A stretch of DNA of 64,000 bases, taken from the NCBI GenBank assembly GCA_013334765.1, contig JAAXWW010000002.1, forward strand, positions 21,453 to 85,452. Reading direction: 5' to 3'. This DNA comes from Candidatus Moraniibacteriota bacterium. GTDB lineage: Bacteria > Patescibacteriota > Minisyncoccia > Moranbacterales > UBA2206. The notes beneath the pieces are model-generated. The model did no database searches and was not told where the DNA came from. It saw nothing but the letters and a program-made list of their open reading frames with translations. Position numbers and translations under genes: made by a program. Positions within the stretch are counted from its first letter, which is position 1. The number at the start of each line of letters is the position of its first letter. Shown in pieces: positions 9,723-18,098 of this stretch.

Positions 9723-10265
9723 ATGAAAAGAAAAATATTCCTAAGCATCAATATCCCGCTGGCAGTCCAGAGAAGGATCGCATCAAGAGCCGAGAAATGG
9801 CGCGATTTGCCCGTCAAATGGACAAAAGAGGCCAATATGCATGTATCCTTGTTTTCGCTCGGCCACATCGAAACGGAACTGCTTCCGGAAATATGCGAAA
9901 AAGTCCGCGAGGCAATAGACGAAAACGAGATATTCGATTTGGAATTCGAGAGCCTGGAATCGGTTCCGGAAGGAGAAGCGCCGCAGCGCATACAGCTTTC
10001 CGGGAAAGCGAGCGAGGGGCTCAAAGATCTTCATGAAAGAATAGAAAAATCGCTCGGAATATTCTCGGCACCCAAAAAAGCCTTCAAGCCGCACATCGTC
10101 GTCGGCAGGATCCGCAGCAACAAATGGGAAGAGCTTGCAGAAAAACCGGAGATCAAAGAGAAGTTCTCTCTCAATGTTTCCGTCGAATCGGTCGATGTCA
10201 TGGCGAGCGACTTCGGAGAAGGGGAGTCGGAATATGCGTTGATAGAATCTTGCCCGTTGAAATAA
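9723..10265 (+). CDS. thpR: 2H phosphoesterase: RNA 2',3'-cyclic phosphodiesterase / 2'-5' RNA ligase
   Basis: Two H-x-T/S-x motifs (HVSLFSLG and HIVVGRI) at the spacing typical of LigT/ThpR. Confidence 0.7.
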   Translation: MKRKIFLSINIPLAVQRRIASRAEKWRDLPVKWTKEANMHVSLFSLGHIETELLPEICEKVREAIDENEIFDLEFESLESVPEGEAPQRIQLSGKASEGLKDLHERIEKSLGIFSAPKKAFKPHIVVGRIRSNKWEELAEKPEIKEKFSLNVSVESVDVMASDFGEGESEYALIESCPLK

Positions 10266-10269
10266 GCCC

Positions 10270-10968
10270 ATGGACATCCTAGGCATCAGAATCGACAATT
10301 TTACTCAAAAAGAAATTATTGAAAAGATAGTTTTCTTTTTTTCGGAAGAAAAGCTCCATCAGGTTGCGACTGTCAATCCTGAATTCATTCTCGAAGCTCA
10401 GAAAAACGAACTCTCCCGTGAAATCCTCAACTCCTGCGATCTGAATGTCGCTGACGGATTCGGCATATCCTGCGCTTTCTTGAGATACGGGAAAATGCTG
10501 AAAGCACGAATCCCGGGAGCTGATCTTGTCCATGAAATCCTCAGGATTGCCGACCAAAAAAAAATGGGCGTATTCCTGGCAATAAATAAAGACGGGCTCA
10601 GTGGTTTTCAGGAAATCAAGGATGCTATTTCGAAAACATATCCCAATATAGCCGTTTCCAGTGCTGATTTGGACAGAAATGACACAAAATATCAATTGCC
10701 AGACAGTGCCGGGAGCATACTGTTTTGCAACTTCGGCCATCCGCAGCAGGAAGCCTTCATAAATAGCCAAAAATGTGGTAATATTAGACTCGCGATGGGA
10801 GTAGGCGGCAGTTTCGATTATCTGACTGGAAAAGTGAAACGTGCCCCGATTTTCATGCAACGCCTCGGGCTGGAATGGCTGTTTCGCTTGATCCGGCAGC
10901 CGAAAAGAATCGGCAGGATATGGAGAGCGGTCGTAGTTTTCCCAATAAGAATAGTCTTGAATAAATAA
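10270..10968 (+). CDS. tagA: WecB/TagA/CpsF-family glycosyltransferase (UDP-ManNAc-type transferase)
   Basis: About 230 aa. C-terminal RLGLEWLFRLIRQPKR is the family hallmark. Confidence 0.8.
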   Translation: MDILGIRIDNFTQKEIIEKIVFFFSEEKLHQVATVNPEFILEAQKNELSREILNSCDLNVADGFGISCAFLRYGKMLKARIPGADLVHEILRIADQKKMGVFLAINKDGLSGFQEIKDAISKTYPNIAVSSADLDRNDTKYQLPDSAGSILFCNFGHPQQEAFINSQKCGNIRLAMGVGGSFDYLTGKVKRAPIFMQRLGLEWLFRLIRQPKRIGRIWRAVVVFPIRIVLNK

Positions 10969-10969
10969 T

Positions 10970-11419
10970 ATGAAAAAAGGAGTAGATTATATAGGTGTCG
11001 GATGCGGAGCTATGATATTCAATGCGGACGGGAAAGTGTTTCTGGCAAAAAGAGGCCCGAACGCAAGAAACGAATCCGGCAAGTGGGATTTTCCCGGAGG
11101 AGGAGTAGAATTCAGCGAAAGATGCGAAGACGCATTGAAAAGGGAAATAAAAGAAGAATACGATATAGAAATAGAAATCATAGAGCTCCTCGACGTCGTC
11201 AGCCACATTTTGCACGAAGAGAAACAGCACTGGGTTTCCCCGTCATACATAGCCAAAATAACTTCCGGCGAACCGAAAATAATGGAACCGGAAAAATGCG
11301 AAGAGATCAAGTGGATAGAATTGAAAGATATTGATTCTGACTCTCTCACGTTAACAAGCCAATCTGATATAAAAAAATATACGGAAAAATACGGATTCGA
11401 TACGCCAAAGATCCAATAA
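10970..11419 (+). CDS. NUDIX hydrolase
   Basis: Nudix box GGGVEFSERCEDALKREIKEEYDIE. Confidence 0.75.
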   Translation: MKKGVDYIGVGCGAMIFNADGKVFLAKRGPNARNESGKWDFPGGGVEFSERCEDALKREIKEEYDIEIEIIELLDVVSHILHEEKQHWVSPSYIAKITSGEPKIMEPEKCEEIKWIELKDIDSDSLTLTSQSDIKKYTEKYGFDTPKIQ

Positions 11420-11424
11420 ATGAT

Positions 11425-12954
11425 ATGAACAAAACAAGAGTCAGATTCGCACCATCACCGACCGGATATCTTCATATCGGAAGCCTCCGGACGGTTCTGT
11501 ATGATTATCTTTTCGCCAAAAAATCCGGCGCTGATTTCATTTTGCGCGTCGAGGATACCGACAGGAAGCGCTATGTCCCCGGATCGGTCGAAAAACTGAT
11601 CGAATCGCTCGAATGGGCAGGCTTGAAATGGGATGAAGGAATTTTCACGCAAAAAGAAATAGCCGACGACAGAGCAACCGTCACTGAATCTGTCTCATAT
11701 CCTGGAACATTCGAAGCCGGGGAATACGGCCCATATGTCCAGTCCGAACGGCTGGAGCTGTATAGGAAATATGCCGAGGAATTAGTGGAGAAAGGACATG
11801 CCTACTATTGCTTCTGTATGCCGGAGAGATTGGAAGAACTGAGAAACCAGCAATCGGCCGCTAAGCAGGCGCCGATGTATGACAGATACTGCCTCACCGA
11901 TTTGAGTCAGGAAGAGATAAACAAAAAACTGAAAGAGGAATGTCCGCATGTCATCCGCCTCAAAGTTCCCAAAGATGAAATCATAGAATTCGAAGATGTG
12001 GTTCGAGGCAAAGTGAAATTCAACACCAACACTACTGATGACCAGGTGCTTTTGAAATCGGACGGGTTCCCGACATATCATCTGGCGGTCGTCGTCGATG
12101 ATCATTTGATGAACATCACGCATGTCATCCGCGGCGAAGAATGGTTGCCCAGTACGCCGAAGCACATCATCCTATACAAAGCACTAGGATGGGAACCGCC
12201 GAAATTTGCCCATCTTCCGCTGCTTCTCAATCCCGACAAAACCAAACTATCCAAACGCCAGGGCGATGTCGCCGTTGAGGATTATACCGCGAAAGGATAT
12301 CTCAAAGAAGCGATCATAAACTTCGTCGCGTTGCTCGGTTGGAATCCGGGAGACGGCGAAACCCAGGAAATTTTCAGCATGGAAGAATTGATTGAAAAAT
12401 TCGACTTGTCCCGTGTCCATAAAGCCGGAGCTGTTTTCGATATCAAGAAATTGGATTGGATAAACAGCGAATATATAAAGAGGCTTTCCCTGGATGAACT
12501 GCATGAAAAAGCGCTGCCGTTTTTCGAAAAGAAGGATTTCTATATCAACGCCCCGACAGAAAGAAAAACGGATGAATATCTCAAAAAAGTATTGGCTATC
12601 GAGCAGGAAAGGCTAGCCAAACTTTCCGAGGTGGGGGAGAGCAACAGATTCTTTTTTCAGGATATCGATTATGCGAAGGAACTATTGAAATGGAAAGAAT
12701 CGAGCGAAGAAGATACGAAGGCTTCTCTCCAGAAAACGAAAGATGTCTTGGAAAAGATTTCCGATTCCGATTGGACAAGAGAAAATCTGCAGAATCTCCT
12801 CATGGAGGCAGCCGGCGAAAAGAGGGGAGACCTGCTCTGGCCGCTCCGCGCATCGCTCACCGGAGAACAGAAATCGCCTTCCCCTTTCGAAGTGGCTTGG
12901 GTGCTTGGCAAAGATGAGTCATTGAAAAGAATAGGACGAGCTATTGAAAAATAG
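11425..12954 (+). CDS. gltX: glutamyl-tRNA synthetase
   Basis: PSPTGYLHIGS (HIGH) and KLSKRQG (KMSKS) motifs. Class I GluRS architecture. Confidence 0.9.
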   Translation: MNKTRVRFAPSPTGYLHIGSLRTVLYDYLFAKKSGADFILRVEDTDRKRYVPGSVEKLIESLEWAGLKWDEGIFTQKEIADDRATVTESVSYPGTFEAGEYGPYVQSERLELYRKYAEELVEKGHAYYCFCMPERLEELRNQQSAAKQAPMYDRYCLTDLSQEEINKKLKEECPHVIRLKVPKDEIIEFEDVVRGKVKFNTNTTDDQVLLKSDGFPTYHLAVVVDDHLMNITHVIRGEEWLPSTPKHIILYKALGWEPPKFAHLPLLLNPDKTKLSKRQGDVAVEDYTAKGYLKEAIINFVALLGWNPGDGETQEIFSMEELIEKFDLSRVHKAGAVFDIKKLDWINSEYIKRLSLDELHEKALPFFEKKDFYINAPTERKTDEYLKKVLAIEQERLAKLSEVGESNRFFFQDIDYAKELLKWKESSEEDTKASLQKTKDVLEKISDSDWTRENLQNLLMEAAGEKRGDLLWPLRASLTGEQKSPSPFEVAWVLGKDESLKRIGRAIEK

Positions 12955-12987
12955 AAGCAGCCATAAAAACACATACCGAATCAGCAA

Positions 12988-14253
12988 ATGCAAAAAAATA
13001 GAAAAACAAACCGAATATTTTTCTCCGGAATCGCGATGACTGGAATAGTCCTATCGGCGCTATATTTTTCAACATTCTCATTCGCAAATGCATCATTGTC
13101 TTTCAATTGCGATGACTATGAGGGAGACATGAAAGACGAATGCGAAGAGAAACAGAAAACTGCCAGGACACTGGAAAGCATAATAAAACTGAAGGAAAAA
13201 CAAGCCGATGTCATCACGACGCAGCTTGATACCATAAACAAGCAACAAGAAAAGAATGTTTCAGACCTTCAGCTTACAAAAAAAACGGTTGAGGATCTCG
13301 CAAGAAAAATAAACGATCTCGACCGCGACATAGCCGACAAAGAAAATCTCATACAGTCGCAAAAAAAACTTCTCACCGGGCTGATGCAGTCATACTATGA
13401 ATATGACCAGCAAGGAACCCTGGATGTTGTTTTGGCTGATCAGGATTTCTCGACGACCTTCGCCCAATCGGATAATATCGAACAGTCAGAAATGAAGGTC
13501 TCCGACATATTGAACACGATAAAGGAAGCCCGCCAGGAATTGCTCCAGGAAAAATCAGATATTTCCGAAAACAAAGAGAAACATTCCGAGATGAAAGAGA
13601 ATCTGGAAAAGAAAGGATTGGACCTCCAATATACCGAAGACCAGAAACAGAAACTGCTTGGACAGACCCAGGCTGAAAAAGAGAAATACGAAAAGCAATT
13701 GAATGATGTCCGCAATGAAATCTATGACCTGGAATCGAACAAAAGCGTTGACTATGGAAACATACCAGCAGCCAAGGGCGGATATTTCGATTATCCCGTT
13801 TCGAAGCCTTCCATAACCCAAAGCTACGGATGCTTGCAGAATTCATTCGCAAAAGCATCCTATCCGGCGTGCAACGGAGGGAAAGGAGGATTCCACAACG
13901 GATTCGATTTTGGAAGCAATAGCGGCTCGACGATATTCGCCGTAAAAAGCGGAAAGGTCATAGGTTCAGGAAACAATGGAAGATATGCCTATGGGCAATG
14001 GATTGCGATCGATCATGGCGACGGCCTAGTGACACTATACGGGCATCTAAGCAAAAAATACGTTTCAAAGGGCGATCAGGTCGATGACGGAGAAAAAATA
14101 GGAATCATGGGAAACACCGGTTATTCGACCGGAACCCATCTTCATTTTTCAGTTTTCGACAAAAAAAGCTTTGAAACCGTAGAATCAACTAAAGTCGATG
14201 GATTGATACTTCCGACTGGCGCCAGCGTGAGCCCGGGAAGATATTTGAAATAG
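12988..14253 (+). CDS. M23-family peptidoglycan endopeptidase with coiled-coil (EnvC-like)
   Basis: N-terminal TM, long coiled-coil, C-terminal LytM motif HNGFDFG...YGHL...GNTGYSTGTHLHFSV. Confidence 0.8.
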   Translation: MQKNRKTNRIFFSGIAMTGIVLSALYFSTFSFANASLSFNCDDYEGDMKDECEEKQKTARTLESIIKLKEKQADVITTQLDTINKQQEKNVSDLQLTKKTVEDLARKINDLDRDIADKENLIQSQKKLLTGLMQSYYEYDQQGTLDVVLADQDFSTTFAQSDNIEQSEMKVSDILNTIKEARQELLQEKSDISENKEKHSEMKENLEKKGLDLQYTEDQKQKLLGQTQAEKEKYEKQLNDVRNEIYDLESNKSVDYGNIPAAKGGYFDYPVSKPSITQSYGCLQNSFAKASYPACNGGKGGFHNGFDFGSNSGSTIFAVKSGKVIGSGNNGRYAYGQWIAIDHGDGLVTLYGHLSKKYVSKGDQVDDGEKIGIMGNTGYSTGTHLHFSVFDKKSFETVESTKVDGLILPTGASVSPGRYLK

Positions 14254-14385
14254 TTTCAAAATACCGAAAAAAACAATCAGCCTTCCCCTATCAAAAAACT
14301 AATTTCAAGAGGGGATAGCCAGACGGGAAATTCAAGACACATATACCCCCGATTGGTATTATCAAAACAGACCCAAAGAAACCAA

Positions 14386-14420
14386 ACAAGCGACTCCTTA
14401 ACCAATCGCTTGTTTTTTTT
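14386..14420 (+). terminator. putative terminator downstream of M23 peptidase gene
   Basis: 7-bp stem acaagcg / cgcttgt plus T8 run. Confidence 0.4.
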
Positions 14421-14891
14421 ATTTTCTAAAAAATATTATTTGCATGCACATAATTTTATTTCATATTTTTTATTTTCATCAAAATAATTTCAAGAAAATA
14501 TTTTTTCGAATCGATGATCGCTTTTTGTCCATTCATGTCATCGGATTCACAAAAACAATGATTCCTGAAAAATCATCAAAAAACGACCTCAAATTTTGAG
14601 CTCTAAGCGTCTTTGAAAAATATGGACATACATCTATGTATCTGTATTTGATCGATTCTGGAAAAAAATCAAAGCATTTTATTTTTGAAATAAAAAAAAA
14701 TAAAAAAATAATATAACGACAGCTAATAGGTTAAGAGTAGAGGAATGAAATAAAAAAATATTTTTTATTATCTGCGTATTAAAAAACAATCTGTTCTGAA
14801 AAAATAAAATACGGATAGGGAATAGCGGGTTCAAAAGACGCCGAGGCTCAAATAGGCGTATATATGGGAATAAGCCCTTTTTCTGAAATGC

Positions 14892-14925
14892 ACAGTGTCG
14901 TAAAAGATACATTGTGCGACACTGT
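14892..14925. repeat. perfect 9-bp inverted repeat (hairpin) in AT-rich island
   Basis: acagtgtcg ...16 nt... cgacactgt. Confidence 0.5.
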
Positions 14926-15112
14926 ATATATTTCCGCAGGGACAACTCCCCGCTTATTTTCTTCCTATTTTCGAACTCAATAATACCTTCGGAAATATTC
15001 TCCTCGCTCCTCTATTCCTCATATAAAAAAAGCGATTCAAAAAAAATAATACTCTTCTTCATCTATTCCTGCCTCCGTCTGTTATCCTCGTATTTTAAAT
15101 AGTTTTCTTTAT

Positions 15113-15141
15113 TTGACATAAATGTATTTTATGTTATAAAT
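15113..15141 (+). promoter_or_regulatory. sigma70-like promoter facing GC-rich segment
   Basis: TTGACA-16 nt-TATAAAT. Confidence 0.4.
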
Positions 15142-15142
15142 A

Positions 15143-15460
15143 ATAACTCTAAAAAAGCCGCCCGGTGAAATGATCTCCACTGGGCGACTATGAAATGTGC
15201 AAGGAACGGAGCGGGCCTATCTAGGCAGCTGCCTTCTCTCTCGCTAAGGGACAACCGTGCTCCGCTGAGCAGAGGATGACCTCGGCAGGATCGTTAGCCC
15301 GCAAGCATGGACACGCTCTCGGATTCCTGACCGGACATGGTTTTTTAGCGAGATTATCCCCATGAACATGGCCCACGGATTCCGATCCTTCCCTAATCAT
15401 ATGGCGTTACCCACCTTTTTAAAAGGTTTAATCCTCTTGACCAACAAAGCCAAGTTCCCT
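15143..15460. other. GC-rich structured non-coding segment, candidate ncRNA (identity and strand unresolved)
   Basis: About 300 nt at GC near 55% inside a segment at about 25% GC. No ORF. Multiple palindromes (ggcagctgcc). Bounded by a plus promoter and a minus terminator. A minus-strand promoter TTTACA-17-TACAAT lies at 15615-15643. Confidence 0.3.
15151..15188 (-). terminator. strong minus-strand rho-independent terminator
   Basis: 11-bp stem (gccgcccggtg / cactgggcgac, one G-U) followed by UUUUUU on the minus strand. Confidence 0.55.
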
Positions 15461-15664
15461 TCCATTATTGCCTCCATGTAGAGAGGCCTTCTCTACTGAA
15501 TAAATGGCCAGGAAACCGAAAACAAGCACAACGCAAAAGACTAGAGAAAGCAACATTGGGCAATTCCCTCGCTTGTTTATGTTGATATTTGTCAAGGACC
15601 GATTTAATTTCCGTATTGTAGCGCTTATATGGATTTATGTAAATAGCAGCGAAGTGATGGGGTG

Positions 15665-15693
15665 TTGACGATCTATTCGTATTATGATACATT
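15665..15693 (+). promoter_or_regulatory. promoter for small ORF
   Basis: TTGACG-17 nt-TACATT. Confidence 0.4.
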
Positions 15694-15721
15694 CTCAGGC
15701 TAGGCAAAAGGAGGCCGAGAG

Positions 15722-15871
15722 ATGAAAGGGATAATGTCCTATCTTTCAAGAGTTTTGGAATGGTGGCAGATAATAGCGTTATTATTGATAATAATCGTAA
15801 TACTACTGCCCCTCATCTGTTCATATTCCATATGGATCCACTCCATACTAATAAGAAACCTTTTCAATTAA
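15722..15871 (+). CDS. 49-aa hydrophobic small protein (MKGIMSYLSRVLEWWQIIALLLIIIVILLPLICSYSIWIHSILIRNLFN)
   Basis: AAAGGAGG Shine-Dalgarno 7 nt before ATG. Upstream promoter and downstream hairpin. Below the ORF-track size cut-off. Confidence 0.4.
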   Translation: MKGIMSYLSRVLEWWQIIALLLIIIVILLPLICSYSIWIHSILIRNLFN

Positions 15872-15905
15872 GCCGCTGCTCCCAAACGTGGGAACGGCGG
15901 CTTTT
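15872..15905 (+). terminator. putative terminator after small ORF
   Basis: Imperfect hairpin gccgctgctccca/aac/gtgggaacggcggc plus TTTT. Confidence 0.3.
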
Positions 15906-15938
15906 AATGTCGTGCTATGAATCTTCTTCAGATGAGAC

Positions 15939-16319
15939 TTATTTTTTCTTCCGATAATCCTCTATCGCCGCGTGCAATGCGTCGCTGGCCAGGTTGGAGC
16001 AATGCATCTTGATCGGTGGCAGTCCGCCAAGCGATTCGGCTACCGAATCCCTTGAGATTTTCATCGCTTCATCGATGGTTTTCCCTTTTGCCATATCAGT
16101 GACCATCGATGAGGTGGCAATCGCGCTGGCGCAGCCAAGGGTTTCGAACTTGATATCCGAAATGAACTCCCCTGCCGTCTTATCCTTCTTGACCTTGATA
16201 TATATCTTCATCAAATCGCCACAGACCGGATTCCCGACCATGCCGGTTCCGCTCGGGTTCTTGATGACGCCCTGATTATGAGGGCGCGTAAAATGCTCTA
16301 TGACTTTTCTTGAATACAT
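15939..16319 (-). CDS. nifU: Fe-S cluster assembly scaffold NifU/IscU
   Basis: NPVCGDLMKIYIKV, ETLGCASAIATSSM, MHCSNLA: three conserved Cys of the U-type scaffold. Confidence 0.85.
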   Translation of the reverse strand: MYSRKVIEHFTRPHNQGVIKNPSGTGMVGNPVCGDLMKIYIKVKKDKTAGEFISDIKFETLGCASAIATSSMVTDMAKGKTIDEAMKISRDSVAESLGGLPPIKMHCSNLASDALHAAIEDYRKKK

Positions 16320-16355
16320 ATAGTTTGTACTTATTTAAATACTTACCTGTTTCAT

Positions 16356-17612
16356 TTAGTGGCAAGCGCAGCTGTCAGCCTCGCCTTTCTTGTTATCGTA
16401 ATATTCTTCCAGTATATCTCCGGAAACCTTCCTCAGCTTTCCGACAACTTTCTTGAGCTTCTCGATGAACATCTCGATTTCCCTTTTCGTCGTGTGCCGG
16501 CCGAGCGTCACCCGGAGCGATCCATGAGCGTCTTCGTGCTTGAGCCCGATAGCGAGAAGCACATGGGACGGATCAAGCGAACCTGACGAGCAAGCCGAGC
16601 CGGTGGAACAGGCAACGCCTTCCATGTCGAGATAGAGAAGCAGGCTCTCCCCTTCCGTGTCGCGGAAACTGAAATTGGCATTGTTGGGAGAACGCTTTTC
16701 CGCCGAACCGTTGAGGCGCGTTTTGGGGATTTCTTTCGTGACGCGTTCGATCATGTAGTCTCTCAGGAGTTCCATCCTTTTTATGTCTTTCTTCTGGTTC
16801 TTTTCGACAAGCCTGATGGCCTGCCCAAGACCCACGATTCCGGGAGAATTGAGCGTCCCGGCCCGCTTTCCGGATTCCTGCTCTCCCCCATCCTGAACCT
16901 GCTTTATCCTCGTTCCTTTCTTCACATACAGCGCTCCGACGCCTTTCGGGCCATATATCTTGTGCGCTGACATAGACAAAAGATCAACCCCGATATTCCC
17001 GACGTTGCAATCGAAATAGTTGACTGCCTGCGTGGCATCGGTATGGAACAAAGGATATGCTTTGTCTTTCGAAGCATTCTTCTTTTCATTGATAATTTTC
17101 CCTATCTCGGCAATCGGCTGAACCGTCCCGATTTCATTATTAACATACATGACCGAGACCAGGATAGTGTTTTCCTTGATGGCCTCTTTCACGTCTTTCG
17201 CTTTGACTATCCCGTCGCTATATACCGGCAAATACGTCACTTCGGCAATCCCTTCCTTCTCCAGATTCTGACAGGCCTTCAGGATGCAGCTATGTTCGAA
17301 CTGGGTAGTGATGATGTGCGGCTTCCTGACCTTATTGCTTTCGTCTCGAAAATATGCCCGGATAACGCCCTTTATCGCCAGATTGTTCGATTCCGTCGCG
17401 CCGCTCGTGAAGATTATCTCCTCAGGCGCCGCGTTGAAAAAGCCGGCCAGGATCTTGCGCGATTCACCGACCGCTTCGGCCGCTTCCTGCCCGAATGAAT
17501 GAAGCGAAGAAGCATTGCCAAACTTTTCCGAAAAATACGGCAGCATTGCTTCCAGCACTTCCGGATCAACCGGAGTGGTCGCAGCATGGTCAAGATATAT
17601 TCTTTTTGGCAT
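16356..17612 (-). CDS. nifS: cysteine desulfurase (class V aminotransferase)
   Basis: IYLDHAATTP start, PLP-lysine region SMSAHKIYGPKGVGALY, active-site SSGSACSSG. Start placed at 17612 to avoid overlap with iscR. Confidence 0.9.
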   Translation of the reverse strand: MPKRIYLDHAATTPVDPEVLEAMLPYFSEKFGNASSLHSFGQEAAEAVGESRKILAGFFNAAPEEIIFTSGATESNNLAIKGVIRAYFRDESNKVRKPHIITTQFEHSCILKACQNLEKEGIAEVTYLPVYSDGIVKAKDVKEAIKENTILVSVMYVNNEIGTVQPIAEIGKIINEKKNASKDKAYPLFHTDATQAVNYFDCNVGNIGVDLLSMSAHKIYGPKGVGALYVKKGTRIKQVQDGGEQESGKRAGTLNSPGIVGLGQAIRLVEKNQKKDIKRMELLRDYMIERVTKEIPKTRLNGSAEKRSPNNANFSFRDTEGESLLLYLDMEGVACSTGSACSSGSLDPSHVLLAIGLKHEDAHGSLRVTLGRHTTKREIEMFIEKLKKVVGKLRKVSGDILEEYYDNKKGEADSCACH

Positions 17613-17620
17613 ATTTTTTT

Positions 17621-18004
17621 TTAAATTAATTTGCTTAATCTTATTCCAAATAATGTTTCCCTTATCTTGGCGTTGAGCGTTCCCCAGACAAGGCTCGAGG
17701 AGCATTTGCCGCTCATGGCACAGCCTTCATGGTCGCACTTGGAAACGAGCGGGCCTTCCAGGACTTCGACTATTTCCCCTACTGAAATGGCTGCCGGTTT
17801 TTTCGAAAGCACATATCCCCCGTTCTTTCCTTTGCTGCTTTCAACCAAGCTGCTTTTTCTCAGATCCCCCACGATGCGTTCGAGATATTTCATGGAAATA
17901 TTCTCTTCGACGGATATTTCTTTGATATTCTTTTTTTCCGGATAGACCCTGGCTAGATTGACCATGGCGCGCAGCCCGTATTCCGCTTTGGTGGAGAATT
18001 TCAT
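17621..18004 (-). CDS. iscR: Rrf2-family transcriptional regulator (IscR-like, Fe-S binding)
   Basis: N-terminal HTH KAEYGLRAMVNLA. Three clustered Cys (CDHEGCAMSGKC). Confidence 0.8.
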   Translation of the reverse strand: MKFSTKAEYGLRAMVNLARVYPEKKNIKEISVEENISMKYLERIVGDLRKSSLVESSKGKNGGYVLSKKPAAISVGEIVEVLEGPLVSKCDHEGCAMSGKCSSSLVWGTLNAKIRETLFGIRLSKLI

Positions 18005-18043
18005 TATATATAATCCTACTCTTTTAGTATGCTTTAATGTTAC

Positions 18044-18071
18044 AAAAAGACGCCTGACTTGTCAAGCGTCT
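18044..18071 (-). terminator. terminator between ABC exporter gene and iscR
   Basis: 6-bp GC stem agacgc / gcgtct flanked by an A-run and a T-run (bidirectional). Confidence 0.4.
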
Positions 18072-18098
18072 TTTGAAGGCTTATTTAAAGCAATACCA

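Noticed and set aside
14400-15130. oriC with DnaA boxes.
   Set aside because: No TTATCCACA-like boxes beyond 2-mismatch chance matches. No dnaA or dnaN gene nearby. Only AT-richness supports it.
15143-15643. Calling the GC-rich segment tmRNA, RNase P RNA, SRP RNA or 6S RNA.
   Set aside because: I could not find the acceptor-stem/CCA and T-loop or tag-ORF of tmRNA, the GNAANNUC...AGGAAAGUCCGGGCUCC P4 elements of RNase P, or the GGAAG(G)AAGCAGCC domain IV of SRP RNA on either strand. Identity is left open.
14679-15957. ORF-track ORFs in the AT-rich island (14679-14945, 14914-15102, 15465-15749, 15760-15957).
   Set aside because: The translations are low complexity (poly-F/L/K) from A/T tracts with no RBS. 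15760-15957 is out of frame with the well-signalled 49-aa ORF. They are treated as non-coding.
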